IMG/VR virus record: IMGVR_UViG_3300024346_000012
Direction: 5' to 3' (one strand)
Origin: a virus
Length of the DNA stretch: 64,000 bases
This document shows, piece by piece, positions 7,959 through 16,655 of this stretch. Numbering within the stretch: the first letter of the stretch is position 1; every line of letters starts with the position of its first letter. The notes below the pieces were generated by a model. That model searched no databases, was not told the origin of the DNA, and worked only from the letters and a program-made list of their open reading frames with translations. The position numbers and the translations under genes are program-made.

Positions 7959-8672
7959 TTAAACTACTATATCAAAATGCCGTTCATAAACGTGCAAATT
8001 TTGTACTTGCCACGTCATCAAGGCTGGTTCAATAGCCTCGCCACTGCCGCTTGCAGTGCGTTCAAAACGTCGGAAGTTATAATCGTCGCATAGTTTTTGT
8101 ACTACATGCATTTGCCATGCGTAATCATTTTTGTAACCAAAGACTACGTCATTAGAACGCATTTGGACTACAGCATGAAGCAGACCATCACGAATATAAT
8201 AAGTGACAGCGTTGGTACAGATGAAATCATTTTTGCCGTTATCTTTATAATCAAGCCAAATGCTAGGGCGATTATAAACCATGGTAGCACGTCTTCCATC
8301 AGGATTCTCTAGCAGTTCTGTTAATACATTATCGTACTGTTTATTGTAAGTATCACTGAAGATAAGTTTGCCATAGTTAGAGTTAATCTCACCATGTGAA
8401 TTGGAAGCATACTTCCATGCTGCTGGAGGATCACGATGTTCACCAAAAATGTCATTGATATTAGTCGACATGTTATGGTACCATAGCAGTTCTTGGTTAA
8501 TGTAATCCTGGTTGGGTACACCAAATATAGACTTTTCGGTTGCAATAAAAGATGCACCGATTAATTCAATAGTTTTAGCGCCAGTTTTATCTATAGTGAA
8601 TGCTTCATCTTTAAGTTCATTAATAAAGAATTGCCGTACGTCGTTTACGCTATTTGCTTTCATATCTATCAT
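7959..8672 (-). CDS. gp42: dCMP hydroxymethylase (T4 gp42 orthologue)
   Basis: End-to-end resemblance to T4 gp42: DKTG.KTIE.IGASF, ELLWY (catalytic Glu), GEINSNYG, DFICTN (catalytic Cys), MRSNDVVFGYKNDY (Asp specifying dCMP), LHVY.RHF. Confidence 0.9.
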   Translation of the reverse strand: MIDMKANSVNDVRQFFINELKDEAFTIDKTGAKTIELIGASFIATEKSIFGVPNQDYINQELLWYHNMSTNINDIFGEHRDPPAAWKYASNSHGEINSNYGKLIFSDTYNKQYDNVLTELLENPDGRRATMVYNRPSIWLDYKDNGKNDFICTNAVTYYIRDGLLHAVVQMRSNDVVFGYKNDYAWQMHVVQKLCDDYNFRRFERTASGSGEAIEPALMTWQVQNLHVYERHFDIVV

Positions 8673-8958
8673 CCATATCTTTACCTTCTTCGTATGCTAC
8701 ACGAAGAATCATAAGTTGCGTTAAAGCGTGATCGAGATGGAGAAGACCAGACTCAGGATCAGTATCTTCTTTATTCCAATATGCCATTAAGTGACGCTGA
8801 AGAGAAGAATAAGATCTACTCCACTCAGTCGTGTTTATGTCATCACGCCAGTTGTTTTCACCGTATTTCTTTGCACCAAATTCTAGTACTCTCGCTGCAG
8901 ATTCAATAGCGAGAGTTGGTACAAGGTGAATCGGGGGTTTGCCATTATCGTATTTCAT
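8650..8958 (-). CDS. DUF5664 / dATP-dGTP diphosphohydrolase-like protein
   Basis: KYD.GKP..HL.P, VL.FGAKKY..NNW, RHL.AY...E..DPESGL.HL.HA. Confidence 0.85.
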   Translation of the reverse strand: MKYDNGKPPIHLVPTLAIESAARVLEFGAKKYGENNWRDDINTTEWSRSYSSLQRHLMAYWNKEDTDPESGLLHLDHALTQLMILRVAYEEGKDMDDRYESK

Positions 8959-8975
8959 AATTGTATTCTACCATA

Positions 8976-9404
8976 TTATAGAGGATATGTAAATCTATTA
9001 TTTTCATCTATGTGTTTTAATGCTTCTTTTGCGTCAACATAATCGATGACTGTATATTCTACTACTTGATTTTCTTCGAGCGGACCACCCCAGGGCCTCG
9101 ACCACATCCAAATTCCAAGCTGATCGATTTTACCAGCTTTAATTTGTTTTTGAATATACTCAGATACATGAACACCAGACTTAGAGTACATTTTATAATC
9201 AATGGCTCCAAGTATCTGATGATATGTATCATATTCATAGCCATCATATAAAGTCTGAAATTGATCAACCTTTGCTTGATGGAATTCTACAAATTCAGAA
9301 TCCCATCTAAAATAGGGGTTTGGTCGATTATCTTTATTGACCTTTTCGTCACGCTGAATAATAAAAGCTTTATCGACCTTAGCTTTAAAGTGAGTCATTA
9401 ACAA
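8976..9404 (-). CDS. Hypothetical protein, possible PD-(D/E)xK nuclease
   Basis: E...YD-x8-IDYK pattern only. Confidence 0.45.
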   Translation of the reverse strand: MLMTHFKAKVDKAFIIQRDEKVNKDNRPNPYFRWDSEFVEFHQAKVDQFQTLYDGYEYDTYHQILGAIDYKMYSKSGVHVSEYIQKQIKAGKIDQLGIWMWSRPWGGPLEENQVVEYTVIDYVDAKEALKHIDENNRFTYPL

Positions 9405-9667
9405 TAATCTCTTGTATACACGTCAAAGTGAGTGGCATTTTCAATTGGTGTGTCGTGAGCATATGTAGAAAGGCGAGGGCCGCGAGGACGAATACGAAGA
9501 CCTTTTGTAGAATATTTTTTGTAGCCAATAGCTTTATTAAATTTATTAAGATATTTGTTTTGGTTGCGAATCAGTAGTTTTAATTCTGAAATCGCAGGAT
9601 CATCAATATCAGAACAAGAAAAACGATAGCTATCAGAAGAACGATTTTTAAAAGTTACGAATACCAT
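9398..9667 (-). CDS. Hypothetical early protein
   Basis: ORF in early operon; GPR...A..FDVY motif. Confidence 0.55.
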   Translation of the reverse strand: MVFVTFKNRSSDSYRFSCSDIDDPAISELKLLIRNQNKYLNKFNKAIGYKKYSTKGLRIRPRGPRLSTYAHDTPIENATHFDVYTRDYC

Positions 9668-9668
9668 A

Positions 9669-9839
9669 TTATATTACTCCATTTTCCATAAGTTGAAAGA
9701 TTTCAGTTGCAGTTGCATTGAACTCTTCTTGCGAAGATTGAGAGAAGTCAAAGCCAAGACCACCCATGTTATCAAAGATTTTTTCTGCATAGTCGAATGT
9801 GCAGTTGAACATTTTTTCGATTTCACGAATATAAAGCAT
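9669..9839 (-). CDS. Hypothetical early protein
   Basis: Start reset to MLYIREIE (TAATG coupling). Confidence 0.55.
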   Translation of the reverse strand: MLYIREIEKMFNCTFDYAEKIFDNMGGLGFDFSQSSQEEFNATATEIFQLMENGVI

Positions 9840-10042
9840 TACCAGATTACCTCCTCGGTTACAATCATGCGACGACCTAAGTTTTGTTCTACGCAATTTT
9901 CGGTGTAAGTTTTCACGGCACCATCGTCGTACATAACGCTAATAAGTGTTTCGCCATCCGCATCATCGTGAATAGAAGTGATTTCACCTTTTGCAGTATA
10001 ATCTCTATATTGACGAATAATTCCCATTCCAACTTCAAACAT
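9839..10042 (-). CDS. Hypothetical early protein (SH3-like beta pattern)
   Basis: First gene after the early promoter, strong RBS AAGGAG. Confidence 0.6.
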   Translation of the reverse strand: MFEVGMGIIRQYRDYTAKGEITSIHDDADGETLISVMYDDGAVKTYTENCVEQNLGRRMIVTEEVIW

Positions 10043-10065
10043 TGTTTTCTCCTTTTGTTATAACC

Positions 10066-10145
10066 TTTATAACACGTTTAAAAAGCAATGTACACAAAAA
10101 AATGCGCCGAAGCGCATTTTTGTTTTGTTTGTAATCAATGACTTA
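10066..10145 (-). promoter_or_regulatory. Early promoter TGTACA-17-TATAAA with upstream terminator and IHF consensus site
   Basis: -35 at 10089-10094; AATCAATGACTTA (10133-10145) matches WATCAANNNNTTR. Confidence 0.7.
10096..10121 (-). terminator. Intrinsic terminator (TTCG loop)
   Basis: AAAATGCGC-TTCG-GCGCATTTT followed by a T-run. Confidence 0.8.
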
Positions 10146-10151
10146 GAATTT

Positions 10152-10634
10152 TTATCCAAATCTAGCTAAATACTGCGCTATTCGTCCAACAAAAGGTAGT
10201 AGCATAAGAGCCATAAGTAGGTTCATTCCAGTATGTGCCATTGCAATTCGTAGCGTATCACCTTTAGGCATTCCATCAGAGACAAATAAACCAGCCAGCC
10301 ATATTGTACCTGTCGTACCAATATTAGCACCAAGAACGCATGCAATAGCTGCAGGCAGCGGTAAAGCACCAGAAGCAACTAATGCAATAATAGCAGTAGT
10401 AGATAGTGAAGATGATTGCCATAGCAATGTCATGATAATTCCACCAAAAAACATATAGATCGGACTACCTAGAAACCAGTTAAGGTGTTCCATATTCCCC
10501 ATAGATTTCATTCCACCTGAGAATGTCTTAAGTCCAATATAAAAAATGACCAGCCCAACAAGGGCTGTTATCATCGGGTTTCCTAGATCCATTTTCTTCA
10601 CCTTTTTCCAAAGTTTTTCACCTTCATTTTTCAT
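10152..10634 (-). CDS. Na+/phosphate cotransporter, single-repeat (half-size) form
   Basis: QSSSLSTT and VLGANIGTT signature motifs of the Na_Pi_cotrans/NptA family; start at 10634 or 10592. Confidence 0.85.
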   Translation of the reverse strand: MKNEGEKLWKKVKKMDLGNPMITALVGLVIFYIGLKTFSGGMKSMGNMEHLNWFLGSPIYMFFGGIIMTLLWQSSSLSTTAIIALVASGALPLPAAIACVLGANIGTTGTIWLAGLFVSDGMPKGDTLRIAMAHTGMNLLMALMLLPFVGRIAQYLARFG

Positions 10635-11044
10635 TAGACGATACTCGGCAGATCGCCATGATTGCCTTCGTGTGATGGCCCTTGCCAACCACTTGGCTTT
10701 AGTAAATCGGGCAATCCAAAACGATTAGGGCGACCAGGCTTTACGCCTGGCTCTTTTGCCATATTAGCTTGGTATATAGCATCCCATGCTTTATTAGCAT
10801 CAACACCCATAATATCAAGAGTGCCGATAGCAAATACGCACATATCAATTAGACCATCAACGACTTCCTCTGCATCAGAATTATTAATAGCAGACAATGT
10901 CTCTTGGTATTCTTCACCGATCATAAGCATACGAAACATGAGATATTTCTGCATAAGATCTTTATTTTCTTTATTGGCTTCAAACCACTCACGTACGCCG
11001 AATTTGTTATGCATCATGTACATGTCATTAGCAAAATCACTCAT
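10634..11044 (-). CDS. MazG/PRA-PH-like NTP pyrophosphohydrolase (candidate dCTPase)
   Basis: EEYQE...EEVVDGLIDM...ANMAK...KP.GW motifs. Confidence 0.8.
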   Translation of the reverse strand: MSDFANDMYMMHNKFGVREWFEANKENKDLMQKYLMFRMLMIGEEYQETLSAINNSDAEEVVDGLIDMCVFAIGTLDIMGVDANKAWDAIYQANMAKEPGVKPGRPNRFGLPDLLKPSGWQGPSHEGNHGDLPSIV

Positions 11045-11070
11045 TTTATTCTCCATATTTAATATAATTT

Positions 11071-11099
11071 ATTCTACAATATTTTACAAGCATTGTACA
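11071..11099 (-). promoter_or_regulatory. Early promoter TGTACA-17-TAGAAT
   Basis: Same motif and spacing as other promoters. Confidence 0.65.
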
Positions 11100-11101
11100 T
11101 A

Positions 11102-11344
11102 CTATAATAATCCAAGCTGAAAGTTTCCATCAAGTTTTTTAATTCCTAACGCCCAATTCTGCGCAGCGTCTTCAACATAGCGTGTGGTCTTATTGGGGAA
11201 ATCCTCTTCGAAAAACTTAACATCATTATCATCAAAGTATTTTATAAAAGCCACTTCTTCTTTAAAGTCCATCCATACTTCCGCATATCCCTTTCCGCTA
11301 TCTGCGTGAAAGGTGCTAATCTTTCTTTGACGACCGTGAAACAT
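11102..11344 (-). CDS. Hypothetical protein
   Basis: ORF with RBS; YVEDAAQNWALG motif. Confidence 0.6.
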   Translation of the reverse strand: MFHGRQRKISTFHADSGKGYAEVWMDFKEEVAFIKYFDDNDVKFFEEDFPNKTTRYVEDAAQNWALGIKKLDGNFQLGLL

Positions 11345-11347
11345 ATT

Positions 11348-12034
11348 TTACTCCTTTATAAAGTCTATGATACTAGGATATATTATACTTATGGCGTTCG
11401 CTATTTCTTTTGCCAGGTCCATGTGCTCTTGTTGTGTACCATTTGAGGATCTTAGATCAATATAGTGAATCCATGACCTAATAGTACCATTTACGTAGAG
11501 CCGAGAGACAGTATTTCCTTCTGGTAAAACTGCACGGGCTTGCTCTTTCGCAATACCGTTTGCTAGTGCCCAGCTGTATGCCGCCTTTGAGCAGGCGATC
11601 ACATCGGCTTGCATCTCAGCCCAACGTTCTTGTAGATCGGCATCATCTGTTACGACAGAGTTTTGACGATTTTTAGGATCTTGCATTCGAGCATCACGAA
11701 TTACAAAATTATCATTAAGATCACGGATGTCAGCATACCGCTGAGAAAACTCTTGAAACGAAAATGATCGGTGACGTAGAAACTGTCTAGCGATATCTCT
11801 TGTTGTTTCAATTTCCATGGTAACAGAAGCCATTTCAAACGGAGACCAATGCTTATGCTCAATAAGATAATTAAGAAGTTTTGCTGTAGTTTTTGTATTA
11901 CTTTGATTATTTGGATTTGATACTCGAGCGCAATACGCAATCAAATCTTGAATGTTATCTAAACCCATAATACCAAGATCACCTGAGTGAACATGTCTTA
12001 CTGGTTGAGTATATGATAGGAGACGAGTTTTCAT
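11348..12034 (-). CDS. thyX: Flavin-dependent thymidylate synthase
   Basis: HWSPFE, RQFLRHRSFSFQEFSQRY ThyX motif, EQARAVLP. Confidence 0.96.
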   Translation of the reverse strand: MKTRLLSYTQPVRHVHSGDLGIMGLDNIQDLIAYCARVSNPNNQSNTKTTAKLLNYLIEHKHWSPFEMASVTMEIETTRDIARQFLRHRSFSFQEFSQRYADIRDLNDNFVIRDARMQDPKNRQNSVVTDDADLQERWAEMQADVIACSKAAYSWALANGIAKEQARAVLPEGNTVSRLYVNGTIRSWIHYIDLRSSNGTQQEHMDLAKEIANAISIIYPSIIDFIKE

Positions 12035-12150
12035 TACTTACCTTGACCTCTGTACTTTTTAAAACTTCTTTTCTTTGATTTGTTCATAGAAGACGTTTTA
12101 ACATTACGACTTCCGATACTTGTCTTTTTATTTTTTTCTATTACAGCCAT
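12034..12150 (-). CDS. Small basic peptide (38 aa)
   Basis: Manual translation MAVIEKNKKTSIGSRNVKTSSMNKSKKRSFKKYRGQGK; RBS and TAATG coupling to thyX. Confidence 0.65.
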   Translation of the reverse strand: MAVIEKNKKTSIGSRNVKTSSMNKSKKRSFKKYRGQGK

Positions 12151-12163
12151 TATTTATTTCCTT

Positions 12164-13531
12164 TCATTGTATTTTAAAGTCCTTAAACCTTTGGTTCATT
12201 TCAGTTTTATCAAAAGTGGGAACATCATTTACTACACCTTCAGTTCCATTTTCTTCATCTATCAGCCTCATACGAGATTTATCAATTCCAATAACAAATC
12301 TCTTATTGTTATTAGGATCGTTATATCTATTCTTTAATTGTTTAACCATTATTTGGCCTTGAGCTTCAAGCTCTTCTGAAGATATAAGGGCAAACATTAG
12401 ATCTGCCGTTGCGGGTAATCCAAAAGACTCGCTCGTATCTTCAAGCCCAGGATCCGAGCTACCAAAACCACTACGCGTCGTTTGCGTTGCAGATACAAGC
12501 GGGACGTTAAACTCAACTGCAAGTCCTCGTAATTCTTCAGCAATTGCTTTGATATAAGTGTAAGAGTTAATTGCACCACCCATTCCTTTCATTCGAGAAG
12601 AAGAACATATATTAAGGTAATCAATAAATATCATTTCTGGCACAAAGTTCTTCTTGAGTTTAAGCTCATTTAACAGTGCTCTAAAATGGCCTGTATGAGC
12701 AGAACCAGTGGGATATTCTTTGATAATGAGCTTGCCGTTTGTTCTAGATGCGAGCTTATCTACCTTCGAAGTTAGCATCTCTTTAGTGATATGCTGTAGC
12801 TGGTCAAGAGGGATATTTAGCAGATTGGCATCAATCCGTTCTGCAATACGTTCTTCTGCCATTTCCATAGTTATGTATAATACGTTTTTACCTTGAGTTA
12901 AAACATTACCTGCCATGTGGCACATAAACAATGATTTACCTACACCTGTACCAGCAAGAGCAATGTTAAGAGTTTTGTTAGGTAATCCGCCTTTTGTGAT
13001 TTGATTAAAGTATTCTAAATCAAAAGGAATACGCTCTTCATCTTCATGATAAAAATCATATCGTTTTTCAACATCTTCAATATAGTCGTGACCTACTGAA
13101 GGATCAAAGGTTACTGCTAAAGCTTTTGTTAGGAGATCTGGCATAGCATTCTTAGTAAGAGACTTATGCTTCCCATCAATAATACTTATTGATTCCATGA
13201 CAGCATTATGAATAGCCCTATCTTGACACCATTTTTCAGTAGTGCTCATAAGCCATTCTTGATCAGCATTATCCTTTTCAAACAGCACTGGAATAATCTC
13301 CATGGCTGCACCATACATATCTTGATTAAACCTATCAGATCCATCGACTTCAATCTTAAGAGAATCTTTAGTCGGCAGTGTATTGAATTTTGCTACATAT
13401 GCTGCAGCTTCTTTAAAAAGAAGATTGTAAACTCCTTGAAAATAATCTGGCTGAATAAACGGTAGAACCTTACGCATATAAGATTCGTTATTCAACACAT
13501 TTCGTAATATTACTTGTTCTACGTTACTCAT
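12164..13531 (-). CDS. gp41: Replicative helicase (T4 gp41)
   Basis: Walker A AGTGVGKS, YITMEMAEE, IFIDYL, SESFGLPATAD, KNRY. Confidence 0.95.
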   Translation of the reverse strand: MSNVEQVILRNVLNNESYMRKVLPFIQPDYFQGVYNLLFKEAAAYVAKFNTLPTKDSLKIEVDGSDRFNQDMYGAAMEIIPVLFEKDNADQEWLMSTTEKWCQDRAIHNAVMESISIIDGKHKSLTKNAMPDLLTKALAVTFDPSVGHDYIEDVEKRYDFYHEDEERIPFDLEYFNQITKGGLPNKTLNIALAGTGVGKSLFMCHMAGNVLTQGKNVLYITMEMAEERIAERIDANLLNIPLDQLQHITKEMLTSKVDKLASRTNGKLIIKEYPTGSAHTGHFRALLNELKLKKNFVPEMIFIDYLNICSSSRMKGMGGAINSYTYIKAIAEELRGLAVEFNVPLVSATQTTRSGFGSSDPGLEDTSESFGLPATADLMFALISSEELEAQGQIMVKQLKNRYNDPNNNKRFVIGIDKSRMRLIDEENGTEGVVNDVPTFDKTEMNQRFKDFKIQ

Positions 13532-13796
13532 TTTGCCCCATCGCGCTAGCCTGTTCTAATACATCATATAGTATACTGCCTACGTTCTTTTGTAAACCAA
13601 TATCTTCATCAGGAACTAAATCTTCTATAGGTGAGGAGATTACTTCAAAATTAAAGCTTAAAGACTCATCTCCTTCATTTACTGCTAAAGCTCCGAACTG
13701 AAACACAGTCTCTATATAATCTCCTGTTTTTATTCTTATATTCCAGTTATCTTGACCCTCAACTGGAATAAATTCATAATCAGTGTTTTCTTTCAT
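13524..13796 (-). CDS. gp40-like head vertex assembly chaperone / hypothetical
   Basis: Syntenic with T4 gp40 between uvsX and gp41. Confidence 0.5.
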   Translation of the reverse strand: MKENTDYEFIPVEGQDNWNIRIKTGDYIETVFQFGALAVNEGDESLSFNFEVISSPIEDLVPDEDIGLQKNVGSILYDVLEQASAMGQNE

Positions 13797-14842
13797 TATG
13801 CTTCTTCCACAATCTTATCCATATCTACTAGAGATTGATGACCAATACTGTATTGTTTTTTCAAGAAGTCTTTAAAATCTGTATTAGCAAAGATTGGACT
13901 CCAGAAGGATTCATCAAGAGTGTCAGCGTGCCGAACCTTATGTCCAATTTCTCCAGTACTTTGATCAACCGCAGCATACCAGCCATTGGAAGGCTTAGTG
14001 ACATAATTACCAGCAAGAGCACAATCGAGCAAGCCAGAGTACTTACGGACACCACCATCCCAAGAGACAGTGATAGGAATTTTAGATTTTTCTTTAACAT
14101 AACGGCTTTTCTCCACGTTAATTACGAAATGATAACCTTGTATTTCTGTACCCTTTTTATCTTGTTGACGACCTAAGATCCAAATATTATCTGCAGAATA
14201 ATAAATTCCGGTGCCACCACCTACAATGGCTTTTGGAAACAAGCCAATTTCCATATACGTATGGTTAACAGCAATCAGAGGAATATTCTTCATTGTAAGA
14301 TATGGTGTCGACATACGAAATAAACCTTTTAAAGCTTTCGCACGTGACATATCTGCTACTGATTTTTCATTGATTGCATCATCTAGCTCTTTCTTAGAAG
14401 CTAAGTTACCAATAGAATCAATTACAACAATTACTTTGTCATCTCTCGAAATTTCTTCTAATTGAGAAATAAGATCAAATTTAAGCTCTTCTACATTTGT
14501 AATTGGTGTATGTAAAATGCGGGTTGTATCAATATCAAACTGCTCGAAATAAGCTTGAGGAGAACCAAACTCTGAATCATAAAATAGCATAACAGCTTCT
14601 GGGTGCTTTTTCAGATACGATGCTGCCATCAGTAAAGCAAACGATGTTTTAAAATGTTTTGAAGGCCCAGCCAGTACTGTAAGTCCAGGTGCCAGTCCTC
14701 CATCGACAGAACCTGAAAGTGCTACGTTAATCATAGGTACATCAGTTGGTGTCATATCTACTTCTGTAAAGAATTTTGAGTCCGCAAGAACTTCAGAAGT
14801 TTTGATTTTACTGTTTTTCTTCAGTTTGTCCATAATCGACAT
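13796..14842 (-). CDS. uvsX: RecA-like recombinase UvsX
   Basis: AGPSKHFKT Walker A, FYDSEFG, DSIGNLASKKE. Confidence 0.95.
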   Translation of the reverse strand: MSIMDKLKKNSKIKTSEVLADSKFFTEVDMTPTDVPMINVALSGSVDGGLAPGLTVLAGPSKHFKTSFALLMAASYLKKHPEAVMLFYDSEFGSPQAYFEQFDIDTTRILHTPITNVEELKFDLISQLEEISRDDKVIVVIDSIGNLASKKELDDAINEKSVADMSRAKALKGLFRMSTPYLTMKNIPLIAVNHTYMEIGLFPKAIVGGGTGIYYSADNIWILGRQQDKKGTEIQGYHFVINVEKSRYVKEKSKIPITVSWDGGVRKYSGLLDCALAGNYVTKPSNGWYAAVDQSTGEIGHKVRHADTLDESFWSPIFANTDFKDFLKKQYSIGHQSLVDMDKIVEEA

Positions 14843-15656
14843 GTTGTTCTATTTCCCTTTGGTCTAATTCATATTGAGATCTGTATTCATTATTAATTCT
14901 AACACATTCTCCTAGTAATGTAAACCCTTTATCTAAATTAAATAACGCGCTTGTATCCTTTGGAAAGCAAGCTCCTCCGTATCCTCGCTTATTATCAAGC
15001 CCAGGAACTGCAGAATGAGATCTACCTATTCTACTATCCGATGTTATAGCATTCACTATCTTATTATAAGCTGCTTCGTTATTTTCTACTACATCATATA
15101 GCTGATTAAAAAACAGAACTTTCATAGCTAAGAAAGAGTTAATTCCATATTTTACAAAACTAGCGTCTACCGCAGACATTCGATGTACTGGACAAGGTCT
15201 ACAAAGGCTATATTCTTTATAGTAGAATTCTAGGTTGTCGATAAATCCGTCGTTTCCGCCAAAGATATGCTTATCAGGATTTATGAAATCATCTATAGCA
15301 TTCTTTTCTGTTAAAAACTCTGGGTTATATACGATTCTAGTACCGCCCGAACCTACTACGAGTTTTTTAATTATATCAGGAGTTACCGTAGATTTGATAA
15401 CAATTATTCCGGACATTCGTTCTTTTAGCTCTTTAACTGTATCTACCAGAATGGTGGAATCTATAGAACCGTCTTTATTCATAGGAGTTGGTACACAAAC
15501 AAACGTTATATTTTCTTCTAGATTAACGTCCTTTAAACTGTTATAGCAGGTTTTACCGTATTTAGGATCAACAATTTGCATTCTTACTTTAGGAGTTCTA
15601 AATCCATACTCTACAGCTCTACCCACAAAACCATAGCCAACTATAGTTATTTTCAT
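14808..15656 (-). CDS. ugd: UDP-glucose/GDP-mannose 6-dehydrogenase family (short form)
   Basis: GYGFVG, CVPTP, IKSTV, NPEFL, K...N, GYGGACFPKD. Confidence 0.88.
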   Translation of the reverse strand: MKITIVGYGFVGRAVEYGFRTPKVRMQIVDPKYGKTCYNSLKDVNLEENITFVCVPTPMNKDGSIDSTILVDTVKELKERMSGIIVIKSTVTPDIIKKLVVGSGGTRIVYNPEFLTEKNAIDDFINPDKHIFGGNDGFIDNLEFYYKEYSLCRPCPVHRMSAVDASFVKYGINSFLAMKVLFFNQLYDVVENNEAAYNKIVNAITSDSRIGRSHSAVPGLDNKRGYGGACFPKDTSALFNLDKGFTLLGECVRINNEYRSQYELDQREIEQHVDYGQTEEKQ

Positions 15657-16090
15657 GTAAGACCTCCAATGTCTTTTTTAAGTTCTTCTCCATACACTCT
15701 ATCGCGTAAATCGCTAGTGGAGAATCTATGGTCTCTTTTATTAAAATAAATTTCTATTCCTCGGGCAGAGCAAGTAGCTCTTCCAGTAAATTTTCCGTCT
15801 TTATATTCTTGACCTATAATTCTAACATCTATATCAAACATTTTTAAAATATCTTCTATGTCTGTTTCGGTCTCATAGGGTATAATTTCATTTACATATT
15901 TTACAGCTTGTAGTTGCATCCATCTTTCTACTAGTGTTTGAACTGGTGTGTTTTTTTCAGATCTTTCCGCGGCAGGATTTACTTGTAAACCACAGATTAG
16001 ATAATCACATTGATTTTTTGCTTCTCTTAGCATAGCGATATGACCTGCGTGTAACAAATCAAAAGTGCTAAATGTTATTCCTATAGCCAT
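15653..16090 (-). CDS. tagD: Glycerol-3-phosphate cytidylyltransferase-like (TagD family)
   Basis: TFDLLHAGH HxGH motif, ER...L..VKYV.EII, RDHRFSTS. Confidence 0.85.
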   Translation of the reverse strand: MAIGITFSTFDLLHAGHIAMLREAKNQCDYLICGLQVNPAAERSEKNTPVQTLVERWMQLQAVKYVNEIIPYETETDIEDILKMFDIDVRIIGQEYKDGKFTGRATCSARGIEIYFNKRDHRFSTSDLRDRVYGEELKKDIGGLT

Positions 16091-16123
16091 AGCTCTTTTA
16101 AGACCTTCCATGTTGCTTGCCAA

Positions 16124-16300
16124 TTAGTCAATTGATATTTCCTCATCTTCTTCAAACTGAACAAACAATTTTAGTGTTCTCATATCGTCTTGAAGCTGTA
16201 CTTTCACCTCACCTACTCGGTTTTTAGTGTATGAGCGACCATTGTTATCAATAACTTCTACTCTATTTACATCTAAAAACAGCTTATCAAGTACCATCAT
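16124..16300 (-). CDS. Hypothetical protein
   Basis: RVEVID..GR.Y...LQDD.RTLK.F motif. Confidence 0.55.
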   Translation of the reverse strand: MMVLDKLFLDVNRVEVIDNNGRSYTKNRVGEVKVQLQDDMRTLKLFVQFEEDEEISID

Positions 16301-16655
16301 GCTCAATCTCATCTTGGTGAAATCCAACACTTTCTCGTTCAATATCGTTATGATTAAACTCGGCCCAATATAGTTCATATGCTATACCATCTTCAACACA
16401 CTCAAATTGATGATAAAGACCAGGTTTAACTTTATGATAATCGCCTTCTTCTAGAATAGTAACATCAACTAAATCGTAGTCGCGTTGCCATGTACGAATA
16501 AGCATTCTGCCTGACTCTACATAGAACCCATTCCACTTGTAGCGGTGCAAATGCTTCGAGCATACACCGCCTTCAAACATTTCAATACGGTGAAACTCTA
16601 AAGCGCCATTTGCTTCAATCAGTTCTGTCGTACCCCATACTTTTCCAGCTTTCAT
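16287..16655 (-). CDS. Cupin-fold protein (sugar isomerase-like)
   Basis: KVWG, CSKHLH..K.N.F.V.SG, PG.YHQF cupin motifs. Confidence 0.8.
   Translation of the reverse strand: MKAGKVWGTTELIEANGALEFHRIEMFEGGVCSKHLHRYKWNGFYVESGRMLIRTWQRDYDLVDVTILEEGDYHKVKPGLYHQFECVEDGIAYELYWAEFNHNDIERESVGFHQDEIEHDGT

Noticed and set aside
7959-8672. Calling this gene thyA or dUMP hydroxymethylase
   Set aside because: It has Asp rather than Asn at the specificity position and matches T4 gp42 end to end; thyX is present separately
8650-8958. DUF5664 as evidence for a 2-aminoadenine (Z) genome
   Set aside because: No purZ or datZ in the window; the context is pyrimidine modification
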